Shown here: piece after piece, positions 51,482 to 59,533 of the stretch | How the letters are laid out: each line of letters starts with the position of its first letter | Numbering within the stretch: the stretch's first letter is position 1 | Translations under genes and position numbers: made by a program | Notes under the pieces: generated by a model | Told to the model about the DNA's origin: nothing | What the model saw: only the letters and a program-made list of their open reading frames with translations | The model's database searches: none | Source: a virus | Lineage: Duplodnaviria; Caudoviricetes | Strand: one strand, 5' to 3' | Length of the DNA: 64,000 nt | Virus record (IMG/VR): IMGVR_UViG_3300017991_000056 | Span: 1 to 64,000 of that record

Positions 51482-51976
51482 ATGGCATTGACTATTCTCA
51501 TCCGCGGGCAGCTCAACGCGATTCCGGTGCTGAGTGACGAGTGCTTCACGAAGCAGAACTACGGAGTCAACACCAACACCACCCTGTCGGTCAACACGCC
51601 CCGCGGCGTGCTCGGCGGCAGCGTGGCCGGCGTCAGCGCGGGTCTGGACTACACGGCGGTCCCCTGCACCGACGAGCTTCGGCCGATCGGGCTTTTCGTC
51701 AACGACGCGGCTGGCGCGGCGTTCGAGAACGCCCCGGCCGTGGCGTCCGGCAAGGTTACCGTGATGAAGGCCCAGGCCTCGGTCGAGGTCGACGTCTACG
51801 AGACCAGGAACGCGGCCGGCCTGGCGGACCTCACCTACTCGGTGGGCGACCTGCTGTACTGCTCGGCGCAGGGCTTCCTGACGAACGAGACCAGCTCCGA
51901 GGGCACGGTTATCGGGGTGTGCACGAAGGCACCGTCCACCGCGTCGCCGACGTTGGGACTTGACGAGCGCATCTGA
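51482..51976 (+). CDS. Capsid decoration (cement) protein
   Basis: Immediately upstream of the MCP; PIGLFVND..ASGKVTV..YET..YSVGDLLYCSAQGFLT. Confidence 0.75.
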   Translation: MALTILIRGQLNAIPVLSDECFTKQNYGVNTNTTLSVNTPRGVLGGSVAGVSAGLDYTAVPCTDELRPIGLFVNDAAGAAFENAPAVASGKVTVMKAQASVEVDVYETRNAAGLADLTYSVGDLLYCSAQGFLTNETSSEGTVIGVCTKAPSTASPTLGLDERI

Positions 51977-52027
51977 CGCCGGAAGGCGTGGTGCGCGAAA
52001 CGCAACCACTAGAAGGAGGGTTTCAAC

Positions 52028-52888
52028 ATGGCAGTTGACAACCAGACCAAGCAGGAAATCATTTCCCAGCACATCCGCACGGCAGCCGGCCGCGCTCGCC
52101 TCGCTGCGAGCATGATTCAGCCGCTCAGGCGGCGCAGGGACTACACGAGCGTAGGGAGAAAGGCGTTTTACGTCGAGGCGTTGCCCGATGGCGCCCTGCC
52201 TATCTACGACAAGGACCCGAACGTGGTGGCCTACGTCATCGGCGAAGAGGGCGAGAACATCGTCTCGGTCGCGAAGCCGAAGCGCGTGATGTTCCCGCTG
52301 TTCGAGATCGCCTCGAACCCCGAGATCCAGCTGACCGAGATCAAGCAGCGGCGCTTCGACCTGATCGAGCGCTCCGTCGACCTCGGCAAGAGCGAGATCC
52401 AGGCCGAGGAGGACCGCAAGGTCTTCGCCGTCATGGACGCGCTCGCGGCCGACCCGACGAACCCGAACCCGCCGATCCCCGTCACGGGCAACCTGACGGC
52501 GAACGCGCTGGCCGACGCCTTCGCGAACATCGAACGCACCGACATCCGTGTCGCGACCGTGTTCCTGAACGCCAAGGACTACGCCGACCTGCGCAAGTGG
52601 GACCGGGACACGCTGGACATCGAGACCCAGGCGATCCTGCTGAAGACCGGGCTCATGGCCACCCTCTGGGGCGCCAAGCTCATGGTCAGCCGCATCGTCC
52701 CCGAGGGAACGGTGTACTGCTGCGGCGAGGCCGAGTTCTTCGGCCGCATGCCCGTCCGGACGGAGCTCACGGTCCTGTCCGCCGACGACCCCAAGAACAG
52801 GCTGATCGGCTTCAGCATGTTCGAGCAGCTCGGAATTGGGGCGTATAACCCCTTTTCCCTGCAGGTCCTTCAAATTACTCGTGTTTGA
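52028..52888 (+). CDS. Major capsid protein (HK97 fold, Bxz1-like family)
   Basis: GRARLAASMIQPLRRRRDY..LPDGALPIYD..KRV..PLFEIASNPEI...IQAEEDRK; strong RBS; terminator downstream. Confidence 0.9.
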   Translation: MAVDNQTKQEIISQHIRTAAGRARLAASMIQPLRRRRDYTSVGRKAFYVEALPDGALPIYDKDPNVVAYVIGEEGENIVSVAKPKRVMFPLFEIASNPEIQLTEIKQRRFDLIERSVDLGKSEIQAEEDRKVFAVMDALAADPTNPNPPIPVTGNLTANALADAFANIERTDIRVATVFLNAKDYADLRKWDRDTLDIETQAILLKTGLMATLWGAKLMVSRIVPEGTVYCCGEAEFFGRMPVRTELTVLSADDPKNRLIGFSMFEQLGIGAYNPFSLQVLQITRV

Positions 52889-52927
52889 CGTTACAAACGT
52901 CTAAGCGCGAAAGGTTTGTGACCTTTC

Positions 52928-52963
52928 AAGCCCCTGGTCAATCCGACCAGGGGCTTTTCTTTT
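52928..52963 (+). terminator. Intrinsic terminator after the MCP gene
   Basis: AAGCCCCTGGTC-aatcc-GACCAGGGGCTT followed by TTCTTTT. Confidence 0.85.
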
Positions 52964-53279
52964 GTTGGCTAAGGAGTGGTTCCAGCCCGAGACGGCCAAG
53001 GCCCATCGTCAGAAGTGCGTCTCCGACCATCCCGACGCCTACGAGGAGGGCGTGGACCACGTGAGGTGCCCGGAGTGCCAGGCGCCGATGCTGCGCCTCG
53101 GAAGGCATCTCCGGGTCGAGCATGGGTGGGGTGACGACTCCGGCCCGGTTGAGGTCAAGGAGAAGCCGAGTTGTGGCAATGATGGCACCTCCTGGCACCG
53201 GTTGGACGCGGCGTATAATGGGGTTGAGTTGATGACCGCGGCCTGTGTGGAGGAAGCATGGAAACGCCGAGAGAGCTAA
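52962..53279 (+). CDS. Possible small C2H2 zinc-finger protein or remnant
   Basis: EGVDHVRCPECQ..RLGRHLRVEHG; start codon uncertain. Confidence 0.45.
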   Translation: MLAKEWFQPETAKAHRQKCVSDHPDAYEEGVDHVRCPECQAPMLRLGRHLRVEHGWGDDSGPVEVKEKPSCGNDGTSWHRLDAAYNGVELMTAACVEEAWKRRES

Positions 53280-53500
53280 TCGAGGAACATCTTCAAGGAC
53301 GGATGACTGTAGAGAAGTTTATGGAGGGTGTGGTCGAAGAGTTTCAGCTAGCCGAAAAAGACATCGCCGAGCGACGTTTCGGGGTGGTTGCGATGCTGGC
53401 AAGTCGGTGTCTTCGACTACAGCACGAGATGAAGTGCGAGATGCGCCTACAACCCGTTGGATGCAAGGATGGCCTCATTTACTACCTGCTGAGAGGATAG
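53258..53500 (+). CDS. Hypothetical protein
   Basis: GGAGG RBS; TATAAT at 53214-53219 upstream. Confidence 0.55.
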   Translation: METPRELIEEHLQGRMTVEKFMEGVVEEFQLAEKDIAERRFGVVAMLASRCLRLQHEMKCEMRLQPVGCKDGLIYYLLRG

Positions 53501-53501
53501 C

Positions 53502-54809
53502 GTGGAGGAAGCGATGATTTCAAAGGCAGTTTTGGGAGGGGGCGCCATCATCGGGGTGATTGCGGGCTTCTGGGGCAGCATCAAGCTCTATCTGACGAAG
53601 ATGTGTTCCCTTTTTGTCATACGCGCCCGTCTTGACGGCCACAACCCGACGTCGGCCATGTCTCATCTTCTCTGGACCGAGTTCAGGTGCTCCAGGCTCA
53701 CGAAGAAGTGCTACCGGGGCATCACCGACTACGTGAGGCCGAATCGGCGCAACGAGCTAGTCCTGTACGAGCGCCTGCCCGTGGAGCAGACGATCTTTTG
53801 GCGTGGGTGGAAGCCTCTGGCCGTGAAGGGTGATTCGTGGGGGGAAGGCTACTATCTTGACATCGTCTTCCTTCGGTGGACGTTTGACTCGGACGATCTC
53901 TTCACCGAGGCCATCAAGAAGTTCAACGCTCGCGGGCATAAAGAGGAGGCCCGTTTCTTCGTGAAGCGGATGACGGGCTCGATCGGGGACAAGATGGACA
54001 GCTTGGCGCTTCTCAGCTCGAAGGGGGAGGGCGCCGACATGGCGAGGTTCGCGGGCAACTCTGTCTCCAAATTGAACTCCCGTCCGGTCGGGTGGGGGTA
54101 TGATCAGCTGGGGCTTCCGAGAGCGGACAACGCCTTGGGGGCCTTGGCCCTTCCGAACGACGCGGAGCCCGCGATTGAGGAGGCGAAATGGTGGTTGGGC
54201 AATGAGGAGTGGTTCAAGGATCATCTCGTGCCCTGGAAGTACGGGTTGATGTTCGAGGGCCCGAGCGGCACCGGGAAGACCGCCACGGCTCGGTCGATCG
54301 GCCAGCATCTCGATCTTCCGATCTTCGTTTTCGACGTGGCCACCATGAACAACTCGGACTTCGTGGAGAAGTGGGGCGAGATGATTGAGAAGAGCCCGTG
54401 CATTGCCTTGTTCGAGGACCTCGACAATGTCTTCGAGGGCCGCGTGAACATCGTGAAGAGCGGCAACGAGGCCGTGCTGACGTTCGACTGCTTCCTGAAC
54501 TGCCTGGACGGCGTCGACAGCACTGACGGGGTCTTCGTCATCATCACGACCAACCACATCGACAAGTTGGATGCAGCTCTCGGGGTGAACAATGGGGGCG
54601 ACATATCGACGCGACCGGGCCGCGTTGATCGGGTTGTTCATTTTGGGCCGCTCGACGAGATGGGTAGGAGAAAGATTGCCGCTCGCATCTTCGAAGGCTT
54701 CGAGGTAAGCGAGTGGGAGCATCTTGTTGCAGAGGGGGATGGCGATACGGGGGCTCGGTTTCAGGCACGTTGCTGCCGCCTCGTGAGAAAGTTGAAAGGG
54801 AGGCGATGA
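53502..54809 (+). CDS. BCS1-like membrane-anchored AAA+ ATPase
   Basis: N-terminal TM; GLMFEGPSGTGKT, LFEDLD, LNCLDGV, ITTNHIDKLDAAL and RPGRVD. Confidence 0.85.
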   Translation: MEEAMISKAVLGGGAIIGVIAGFWGSIKLYLTKMCSLFVIRARLDGHNPTSAMSHLLWTEFRCSRLTKKCYRGITDYVRPNRRNELVLYERLPVEQTIFWRGWKPLAVKGDSWGEGYYLDIVFLRWTFDSDDLFTEAIKKFNARGHKEEARFFVKRMTGSIGDKMDSLALLSSKGEGADMARFAGNSVSKLNSRPVGWGYDQLGLPRADNALGALALPNDAEPAIEEAKWWLGNEEWFKDHLVPWKYGLMFEGPSGTGKTATARSIGQHLDLPIFVFDVATMNNSDFVEKWGEMIEKSPCIALFEDLDNVFEGRVNIVKSGNEAVLTFDCFLNCLDGVDSTDGVFVIITTNHIDKLDAALGVNNGGDISTRPGRVDRVVHFGPLDEMGRRKIAARIFEGFEVSEWEHLVAEGDGDTGARFQARCCRLVRKLKGRR

Positions 54810-55041
54810 GCGTTCCGATCTCGTCGGTGCTTGGTGCGCGAAGGCGATCGGGGACCTGAACGCGAAGCCTGTCTGGCGTAGGGGGAGGTGTGTGGTTCGT
54901 GTTCCGGTGATTTCCTGTGGGCGCTGCGTCCTTTGTTCGGCGGTAATTTTCTCGCGCGTGCTTGGGAACGGTGACTCGTACCGTATTATAGGGTTGGAGT
55001 AGACTGACGAAAACGCAAGCAGCAACGAGGAGGACAAGAAA

Positions 55042-55419
55042 ATGAACAAGACGACGACTGTGGTAATGGCTCCCGGCATTGAGCCCGAGCAGTTGGAAGG
55101 ACTGAAGGTCGAAATCGAGAAGTCCATGGAGGACGCGGCCCATGTTGTCTGCGTCCCTTACGTGTTCAGCGTGGAGCAGATGGAGCTACGGCAAGACGAA
55201 ATGGCGATAATGGCTCCCGGCATTGAGCCCGAGCAGTTGGAGGGACTGAAGGTCGAAATCGAGAAGTCCATGGAGGACGCGGCCCATATCATCTTTACCA
55301 ATTACGCGTTCAGCGTGGAGCGCATGGAGCTGCGGGGCGAAGGCGATCAAGGACCTGAACGAAAACCCAGTGTGGATGAAATGAGAGAAAAGATTGCGCG
55401 AGCGTTTGAAGGAGGTTGA
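55042..55419 (+). CDS. Hypothetical protein made of two 48-aa tandem repeats
   Basis: GAGGAGG RBS; 144-bp period duplication; TTGGGA-16-TATTAT promoter-like site at 54962-54989. Confidence 0.7.
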   Translation: MNKTTTVVMAPGIEPEQLEGLKVEIEKSMEDAAHVVCVPYVFSVEQMELRQDEMAIMAPGIEPEQLEGLKVEIEKSMEDAAHIIFTNYAFSVERMELRGEGDQGPERKPSVDEMREKIARAFEGG

Positions 55420-55630
55420 TGAGGATCGGCGCGGATGCGCTTATCCTGGTGCCTCGGAGATGCGGGAAGCATTGGAGGCCGTCGACAAGGATTTGGCTTC
55501 CTGTCGGGCTTCTGACAAGGGGCCTGCGTATCTGGGGCTTTTGATGGCGGTTCAGGACTTGTTGGCGGAGTTTCGCATTGACGGGTTCTGTTTGGAGATG
55601 ATGGCGAAGGGCCATGCGCGTCCTGGATGA
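55394..55630 (+). CDS. Hypothetical protein
   Basis: Short ORF in a run of coupled small genes; start uncertain. Confidence 0.45.
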   Translation: MRERLKEVDEDRRGCAYPGASEMREALEAVDKDLASCRASDKGPAYLGLLMAVQDLLAEFRIDGFCLEMMAKGHARPG

Positions 55631-55877
55631 CGTGGAGTGGGTCGACAGCATCACGGACGATCACGATCCCAACATGTGTCCGTCCTGCGGCGGTTTCCAG
55701 AGCCATCGGCACTCGCAGGAGAACGTCGGGCACAGGGAGGGCTGCGAGCTTGTCGGGGCGAGGCGCGAGCTGTTCCGGCAGGCTGTGGACGTCGCGTCGG
55801 GGATGCCGGACGGGAATCTTTTTCTCAACATGGTTGTCGGGCTGCATCTGGCGAGGCCGGTCCCGAGGTTCGGATGA
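55614..55877 (+). CDS. Small Zn-binding hypothetical protein
   Basis: CPSCGG...GH.EGCEL. Confidence 0.55.
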   Translation: MRVLDDVEWVDSITDDHDPNMCPSCGGFQSHRHSQENVGHREGCELVGARRELFRQAVDVASGMPDGNLFLNMVVGLHLARPVPRFG

Positions 55878-55943
55878 GGGGAGGCGAGGAGGGCGGCCAC
55901 TGTTCCTTGCACGGCTGCATGAGGGCAATCTGCGGCTGCGAAT

Positions 55944-56198
55944 ATGACTAGTGGGATCGTCGAGACCAGGATGGTGCGTCTTCGTGACCGGGACGTCGAG
56001 GTGTCCTTCCGCGGGGACGGCAGGGGATCGTGGAAGATATCCATGGTGGGCGGGAGGAGGTTTCGGTCGGCGTCCAGGTTCGAGTCGTTGGGGTCGGCGG
56101 TCGTCGGGGTGCAGATGCTGGACTGGGAGTTCCGTGGGGGTCGCGACGACGGGGAGGTTCTCTCCGTCGGGGAGGTTCTCTCCGTCGATGACGCATAG
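55944..56198 (+). CDS. Hypothetical protein
   Basis: ATG ORF of 84 aa. Confidence 0.45.
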   Translation: MTSGIVETRMVRLRDRDVEVSFRGDGRGSWKISMVGGRRFRSASRFESLGSAVVGVQMLDWEFRGGRDDGEVLSVGEVLSVDDA

Positions 56199-56214
56199 CG
56201 TAGGAGGTGGCCGG

Positions 56215-56601
56215 ATGTCAACGAAGCGGAAGCAGGACAAGAGGCGCGCCCGCGCCAAGAGCGTGGTCAAGGCGAAGAACAGGCTGAAGGCGAAGCCGAG
56301 GCCGAGGTTCTATCTGGAGGCGGACCTTCCCGGGGGCGTCGGGTGGAAGAAGGTCATGGCCTTCAGGAAGATGGAGGACGTGGACGCCTATGTCGAGTCC
56401 GTCGAGGACATCAGGAGGAGGAATGCCTCCGAGATCGTGAGGGGGCGCGTGGTCATGGCCTCGACTGGGCGAGTGGTGGCGGTGATCGAGCCGCACGAGA
56501 TCGAGGGGCCGGAAATCCTGGGGGCTTCCGGGCATGTCCGGGGCCGAGGGAAGAAGGAAAATGCCGAGGGGGCTTTGGAAAAGGAGGCCGAAGGTGTATA
56601 A
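56215..56601 (+). CDS. Basic hypothetical protein
   Basis: TAGGAGGT RBS before ATG 56215 (3' part of the listed 55951 ORF). Confidence 0.65.
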   Translation: MSTKRKQDKRRARAKSVVKAKNRLKAKPRPRFYLEADLPGGVGWKKVMAFRKMEDVDAYVESVEDIRRRNASEIVRGRVVMASTGRVVAVIEPHEIEGPEILGASGHVRGRGKKENAEGALEKEAEGV

Positions 56602-56602
56602 T
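56575..56602 (+). promoter_or_regulatory. Sigma70-like promoter of the RNA operon
   Basis: TTGGAA-16 bp-TATAAT (56597-56602). Confidence 0.6.
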
Positions 56603-56697
56603 GTCCGTGAGAGGGCGACGGTTTCCCAGAGCTTCTTTGAGAAAATCTTCTCGCCGCGTGGAAAACCGTCCTCTTTTGGCAATATGGTTGGTGAGCG

Positions 56698-56711
56698 AGT
56701 TCTTTGAAAAT
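56698..56711 (+). promoter_or_regulatory. boxA-like antitermination element
   Basis: AGTTCTTTGAAAAT resembles the rRNA-leader boxA; a weaker copy GCTTCTTTGAGAA lies at ~56631 inside a leader stem. Confidence 0.6.
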
Positions 56712-56720
56712 CGAATGAGA

Positions 56721-57028
56721 CAGCGTTCCTGGCTCGGGGTGCCGTTCTGAGTGCAACGAAGCCAGGGGGTCTGGGAGAGAGGACGCGCACCCCGGCGGCT
56801 AGCGTCCAAGTAGCGAATCGAGCTGCGCCATAGAGCGTGGCCGCCCCTTCGGGAGGGCTGGCGAACGGAACGGCGGGATCGGGCTCTGCGAAAAGTGGGC
56901 ATGCCGAAGCGAGGCAGGTTGCCGGTAGGCGAGAGCCACGCCGGAATCGTACGTGGCCCATGACCGAGCCTCCGAACGAAGGGTTCAAGGGTGGACATGG
57001 AGAAGGACGCTCCGAACCAGGGACGCTG
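56721..57028 (+). ncRNA. Unannotated ~308-nt highly structured RNA
   Basis: Ends pair over 20 bp (56721-56740 with 57009-57028; G-U pairs and one mismatch); many nested helices with UUCG and GAGA tetraloops; no credible CDS. Confidence 0.65.
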
Positions 57029-57042
57029 GAGAATGAACAAGA

Positions 57043-57313
57043 TTTTCCGGCACCGGCCCGACCCGGACAGCTCCGGGCTCAGGGCGGTGAGCGCGAAAGG
57101 GGTCCTCTAGTAGGGATCGGGACAGCGATGCGCGGTTTGAGTCCGTCGCCCGAAGCACGCATGGGCAAGCGTACCACGATCGGGACAGCGATGCGCGGTT
57201 TGAGTCCGTCGCCCGAAGCACGCATGGGCAAGCGTACCACGACCGAACGCGGGTTCCGAGTACGACGCGTCGTCACTCTCGGACAAGGCCGAGGCGGGCG
57301 GGTTGCCGGGATT
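57043..57313 (+). ncRNA. Second unannotated structured RNA domain with a duplicated T-loop-like module
   Basis: TTCCGGCACC..GCCCG pairs with CGGGC.GG.TGCCGGGA; several internal hairpins. Confidence 0.5.
57115..57240 (+). repeat. Perfect 63-bp tandem duplication
   Basis: 57115-57177 is identical to 57178-57240. Confidence 0.95.
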
Positions 57314-57318
57314 AACTT

Positions 57319-57713
57319 GGGGGCGAAATGGTATCGACTGGCGCGGCTGAGCTTGAGACTGCATGTGGAGGATGACCGTTGGCCTCCTGAATCATCGGTC
57401 GCAGAGACAACTGCAAAAAACATTCTTTCCTTCCCTGGTCGGCCTCGGCTGGCCATCGCTGCCTGAGAAGGCGGCGCGGGTGTCCCTGCCTGACGCCGAT
57501 AGGGGTCGGGGGCAACGACATCGGTGGACAAGCCATGGAGAGACATGCTGACGAGGAGCACGGAAAGACGTCTCTGGCAGCCTGGAAAGACGGGACGGGG
57601 CCTGCCGACGGGGCCTGAGCCGGACTAGACATCCGGCAAGCCTTCGGCTAAGCATGTAGATGTCCGAGGGACGTCCGTTCAGGACCCGGGTTCGACTCCT
57701 GGCGCCTCCACCA
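57319..57713 (+). ncRNA. ssrA: tmRNA; tag ORF 57413-57466 encodes AKNILSFPGRPRLAIAA*
   Basis: 5' GGGGGCGAAATGGTATCGAC and 3' GACCCGGGTTCGACTCCTGGCGCCTCCACCA; acceptor stem with G3-U wobble; tag ends in Ala-Ala-stop. Confidence 0.95.
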
Positions 57714-57756
57714 AGTTTTCGATCATGAGCATTATCGCGAGAGGTACTTTTTTAAT

Positions 57757-57833
<77 letters not shown>

Positions 57834-57834
57834 A

Positions 57835-57880
57835 ACTTTTAGTACCGTAGGTCGCAGGTTCGATTCCTGCCGGGGGTGCC
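57835..57880 (+). pseudogene. 3' half of a tRNA (possibly Lys-UUU)
   Basis: CTTTTAG loop remnant, AGGTC variable loop, GCAGG-TTCGATT-CCTGC T arm and acceptor 3' strand CGGGGGTGCC; no 5' half. Confidence 0.65.
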
Positions 57881-57951
57881 GATGATGCGGCTCTGGCAAG
57901 TTACCCTCCCCTCCCCTCCCCCCTTCCCTACTTGCCAGGGCCCTTTTTTTT

Positions 57952-57985
57952 TGGCCGTCGGTTCGCCGACGGCCATTTTTTCTTT
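57952..57985 (+). terminator. Intrinsic terminator ending the RNA operon
   Basis: TGGCCGTCGG-ttcg-CCGACGGCCA followed by TTTTTTCTTT. Confidence 0.9.
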
Positions 57986-58029
57986 GATACGGGGGACTGT
58001 GGTAGAGACCACCTTCAAAGGAGGATGAT

Positions 58030-58158
58030 ATGAGACCGCAGCCGACCGCGACCAGGCCCCAGGGCCTTCTCCGACCCCGTCCGGCCCGGGCCGAGCTCTC
58101 CGCCGGCCCCGTCGTCCAGGGCACGTGCGTGGCCCAGGTGATCGGAGGTGGCCGATGA
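58030..58158 (+). CDS. 42-aa small ORF (MRPQPTATRPQG..VIGGGR), not in the ORF track
   Basis: AAAGGAGG RBS; ATGA overlap with the next gene. Confidence 0.45.
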   Translation: MRPQPTATRPQGLLRPRPARAELSAGPVVQGTCVAQVIGGGR

Positions 58159-59426
58159 GCGACCTGGCGGAATGGCGCTGGAGGTCCTTCGAGTCGGTGC
58201 TGAGGCACGTATGCGTGAAGCGTCGGCCCAGGAGGGTCCTGGAGTGGGGCCCGGGCCTCTCGACCGAGATCGTCCTGGAGACGTGCCCGGACGCCTCGGT
58301 CCTGACTGTCGAGCATGATCCGAAGTGGGAGGCGAAGGCGAAGGAGCGCCTGGCCGGCAAGGGCGACGTCGAGATCGCCAAGCGGGTCATCAGCATGAAG
58401 GGGGGGCTGTCGGACGGCTACGTGAACCATCCTGTCCTGAGGAACCTCCGGGAGAACGGAGGGGTCGTGGCCCCCGAGTACGACCTGGTCTTCGTGGACG
58501 GCCGATTCAGGTGCGACTGCCTGGTCGCGGCCCATCTCCTGGTGAGGCCCGACGGCGTGGTCGTCGTCCACGACACTCACCGCGGCAACTACTTGGACGC
58601 CATCAGGCTGTTTCGGCACTGGCAGCAGTTCGCGGAGCTGAGGACGGCCGTCATGTCCAAGTCGCCGATGCCGTGGCTGGAGGGCGCCGGGAAGGGGATC
58701 GGGGGCGTCCTGTCCGACGTGGACACCCTCGACGACCTGGAGAGGCGCCTGGTGTCCGGGAAGCCGTTCACCTACCTCCGGTTCGGGGACGCGGACCTCT
58801 ACTTCATGGTGGACCCGAACTTCGGCGGGAACCGGCGCCACGATCCGGTCCCGGGGCTTTCCAGGGAGCTCCGAGGGTCGTTCGCCATCGACCATCCCGA
58901 CTACCTGATCGGGTGCGTGGCCGGTGGAAGGGTCTTCAAGAGCAAGGAGGACGAGCTGAAGGAGATCGCGGCCCGCTTCCACACGGGGAGGACGTACCAT
59001 AGCGCGGTGGCCCTCCACATGGCCTATGGCCGCGATCCGGAGAGGTTCGCGGCCTTTTGCAGGAACAGCTTCGGGGGACGTCGCGTCCTGATGGTGGGAG
59101 GCGCGGCGATATGCAGGGACCTTCTGGTCAGGAAGGTGTTCAACGTGACGGCGACCATAGAGCTGACGGACAGGAACGCCTACCAGGGGCTCGACGCCCA
59201 GATGGAGCGGATAAGGAGGAACGTGCCGAAGTTCGACGTGATGGTGAGCGCCCTCGGGCAGGCGACCAGGGTCCTCGGGGGGCGTCTCTGGGACGAGGGG
59301 GCCAGGGACATTCAGTATTTCGACGTGGGGTCGGCGGTGGACGCCCTTGCCGGGAGGGAGCTCCGGAGCTGGATCAGGAAGTACGCCGGGAGGCGCGAGG
59401 AGTACCGGCGCATGTTCCTCGGGTGA
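58155..59426 (+). CDS. Class I SAM methyltransferase-like domain fused to a GT-D-fold (DUF1792-like) glycosyltransferase
   Basis: VLEWGPGLST, VEHDPKW and DLVFVDGRFR; then FTYLRFGDAD, SALGQATRVL and FDVGSAVD. Confidence 0.75.
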   Translation: MSDLAEWRWRSFESVLRHVCVKRRPRRVLEWGPGLSTEIVLETCPDASVLTVEHDPKWEAKAKERLAGKGDVEIAKRVISMKGGLSDGYVNHPVLRNLRENGGVVAPEYDLVFVDGRFRCDCLVAAHLLVRPDGVVVVHDTHRGNYLDAIRLFRHWQQFAELRTAVMSKSPMPWLEGAGKGIGGVLSDVDTLDDLERRLVSGKPFTYLRFGDADLYFMVDPNFGGNRRHDPVPGLSRELRGSFAIDHPDYLIGCVAGGRVFKSKEDELKEIAARFHTGRTYHSAVALHMAYGRDPERFAAFCRNSFGGRRVLMVGGAAICRDLLVRKVFNVTATIELTDRNAYQGLDAQMERIRRNVPKFDVMVSALGQATRVLGGRLWDEGARDIQYFDVGSAVDALAGRELRSWIRKYAGRREEYRRMFLG

Positions 59427-59431
59427 TGTGA

Positions 59432-59447
59432 CAATCTTTTTATATCG
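59432..59447 (+). promoter_or_regulatory. Phage late-promoter-like motif, copy 5
   Basis: CAATCTTTTTATATCG, intergenic, upstream of the receiver/lysis cluster. Confidence 0.6.
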
Positions 59448-59533
59448 TTGCCCGTAGTAGGAGAACGAAGCGATTCTCCCGCCTAGCGGTTGATTGTTAG
59501 GGCGGTTCTTTGGCCGTCGGCGGAAAGGTCGCC

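Noticed and set aside
52028-52888. Encapsulin nanocompartment rather than phage capsid
   Set aside because: Terminase, portal, protease, scaffold and decoration genes accompany it.
56721-57028. RNase P RNA, SRP RNA, group I intron or hammerhead ribozyme
   Set aside because: The diagnostic sequences (GAGGAAAGUCC, the SRP helix-8 GGAA/AGCAG motif, P7 AGACUA, CUGAnGA core) were not found by eye.
57115-57240. Possible CRISPR array
   Set aside because: Two contiguous 63-bp copies with no spacers, and no cas genes in the window.
56837-57466. 209-aa ORF across the RNA region
   Set aside because: No RBS, and it overlaps the tmRNA; only its last 17 codons (the tag) are meaningful.
57905-57930. C-rich tract (G-quadruplex potential on the minus strand)
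   Set aside because: A single short low-complexity tract next to a terminator, with no supporting evidence of function.
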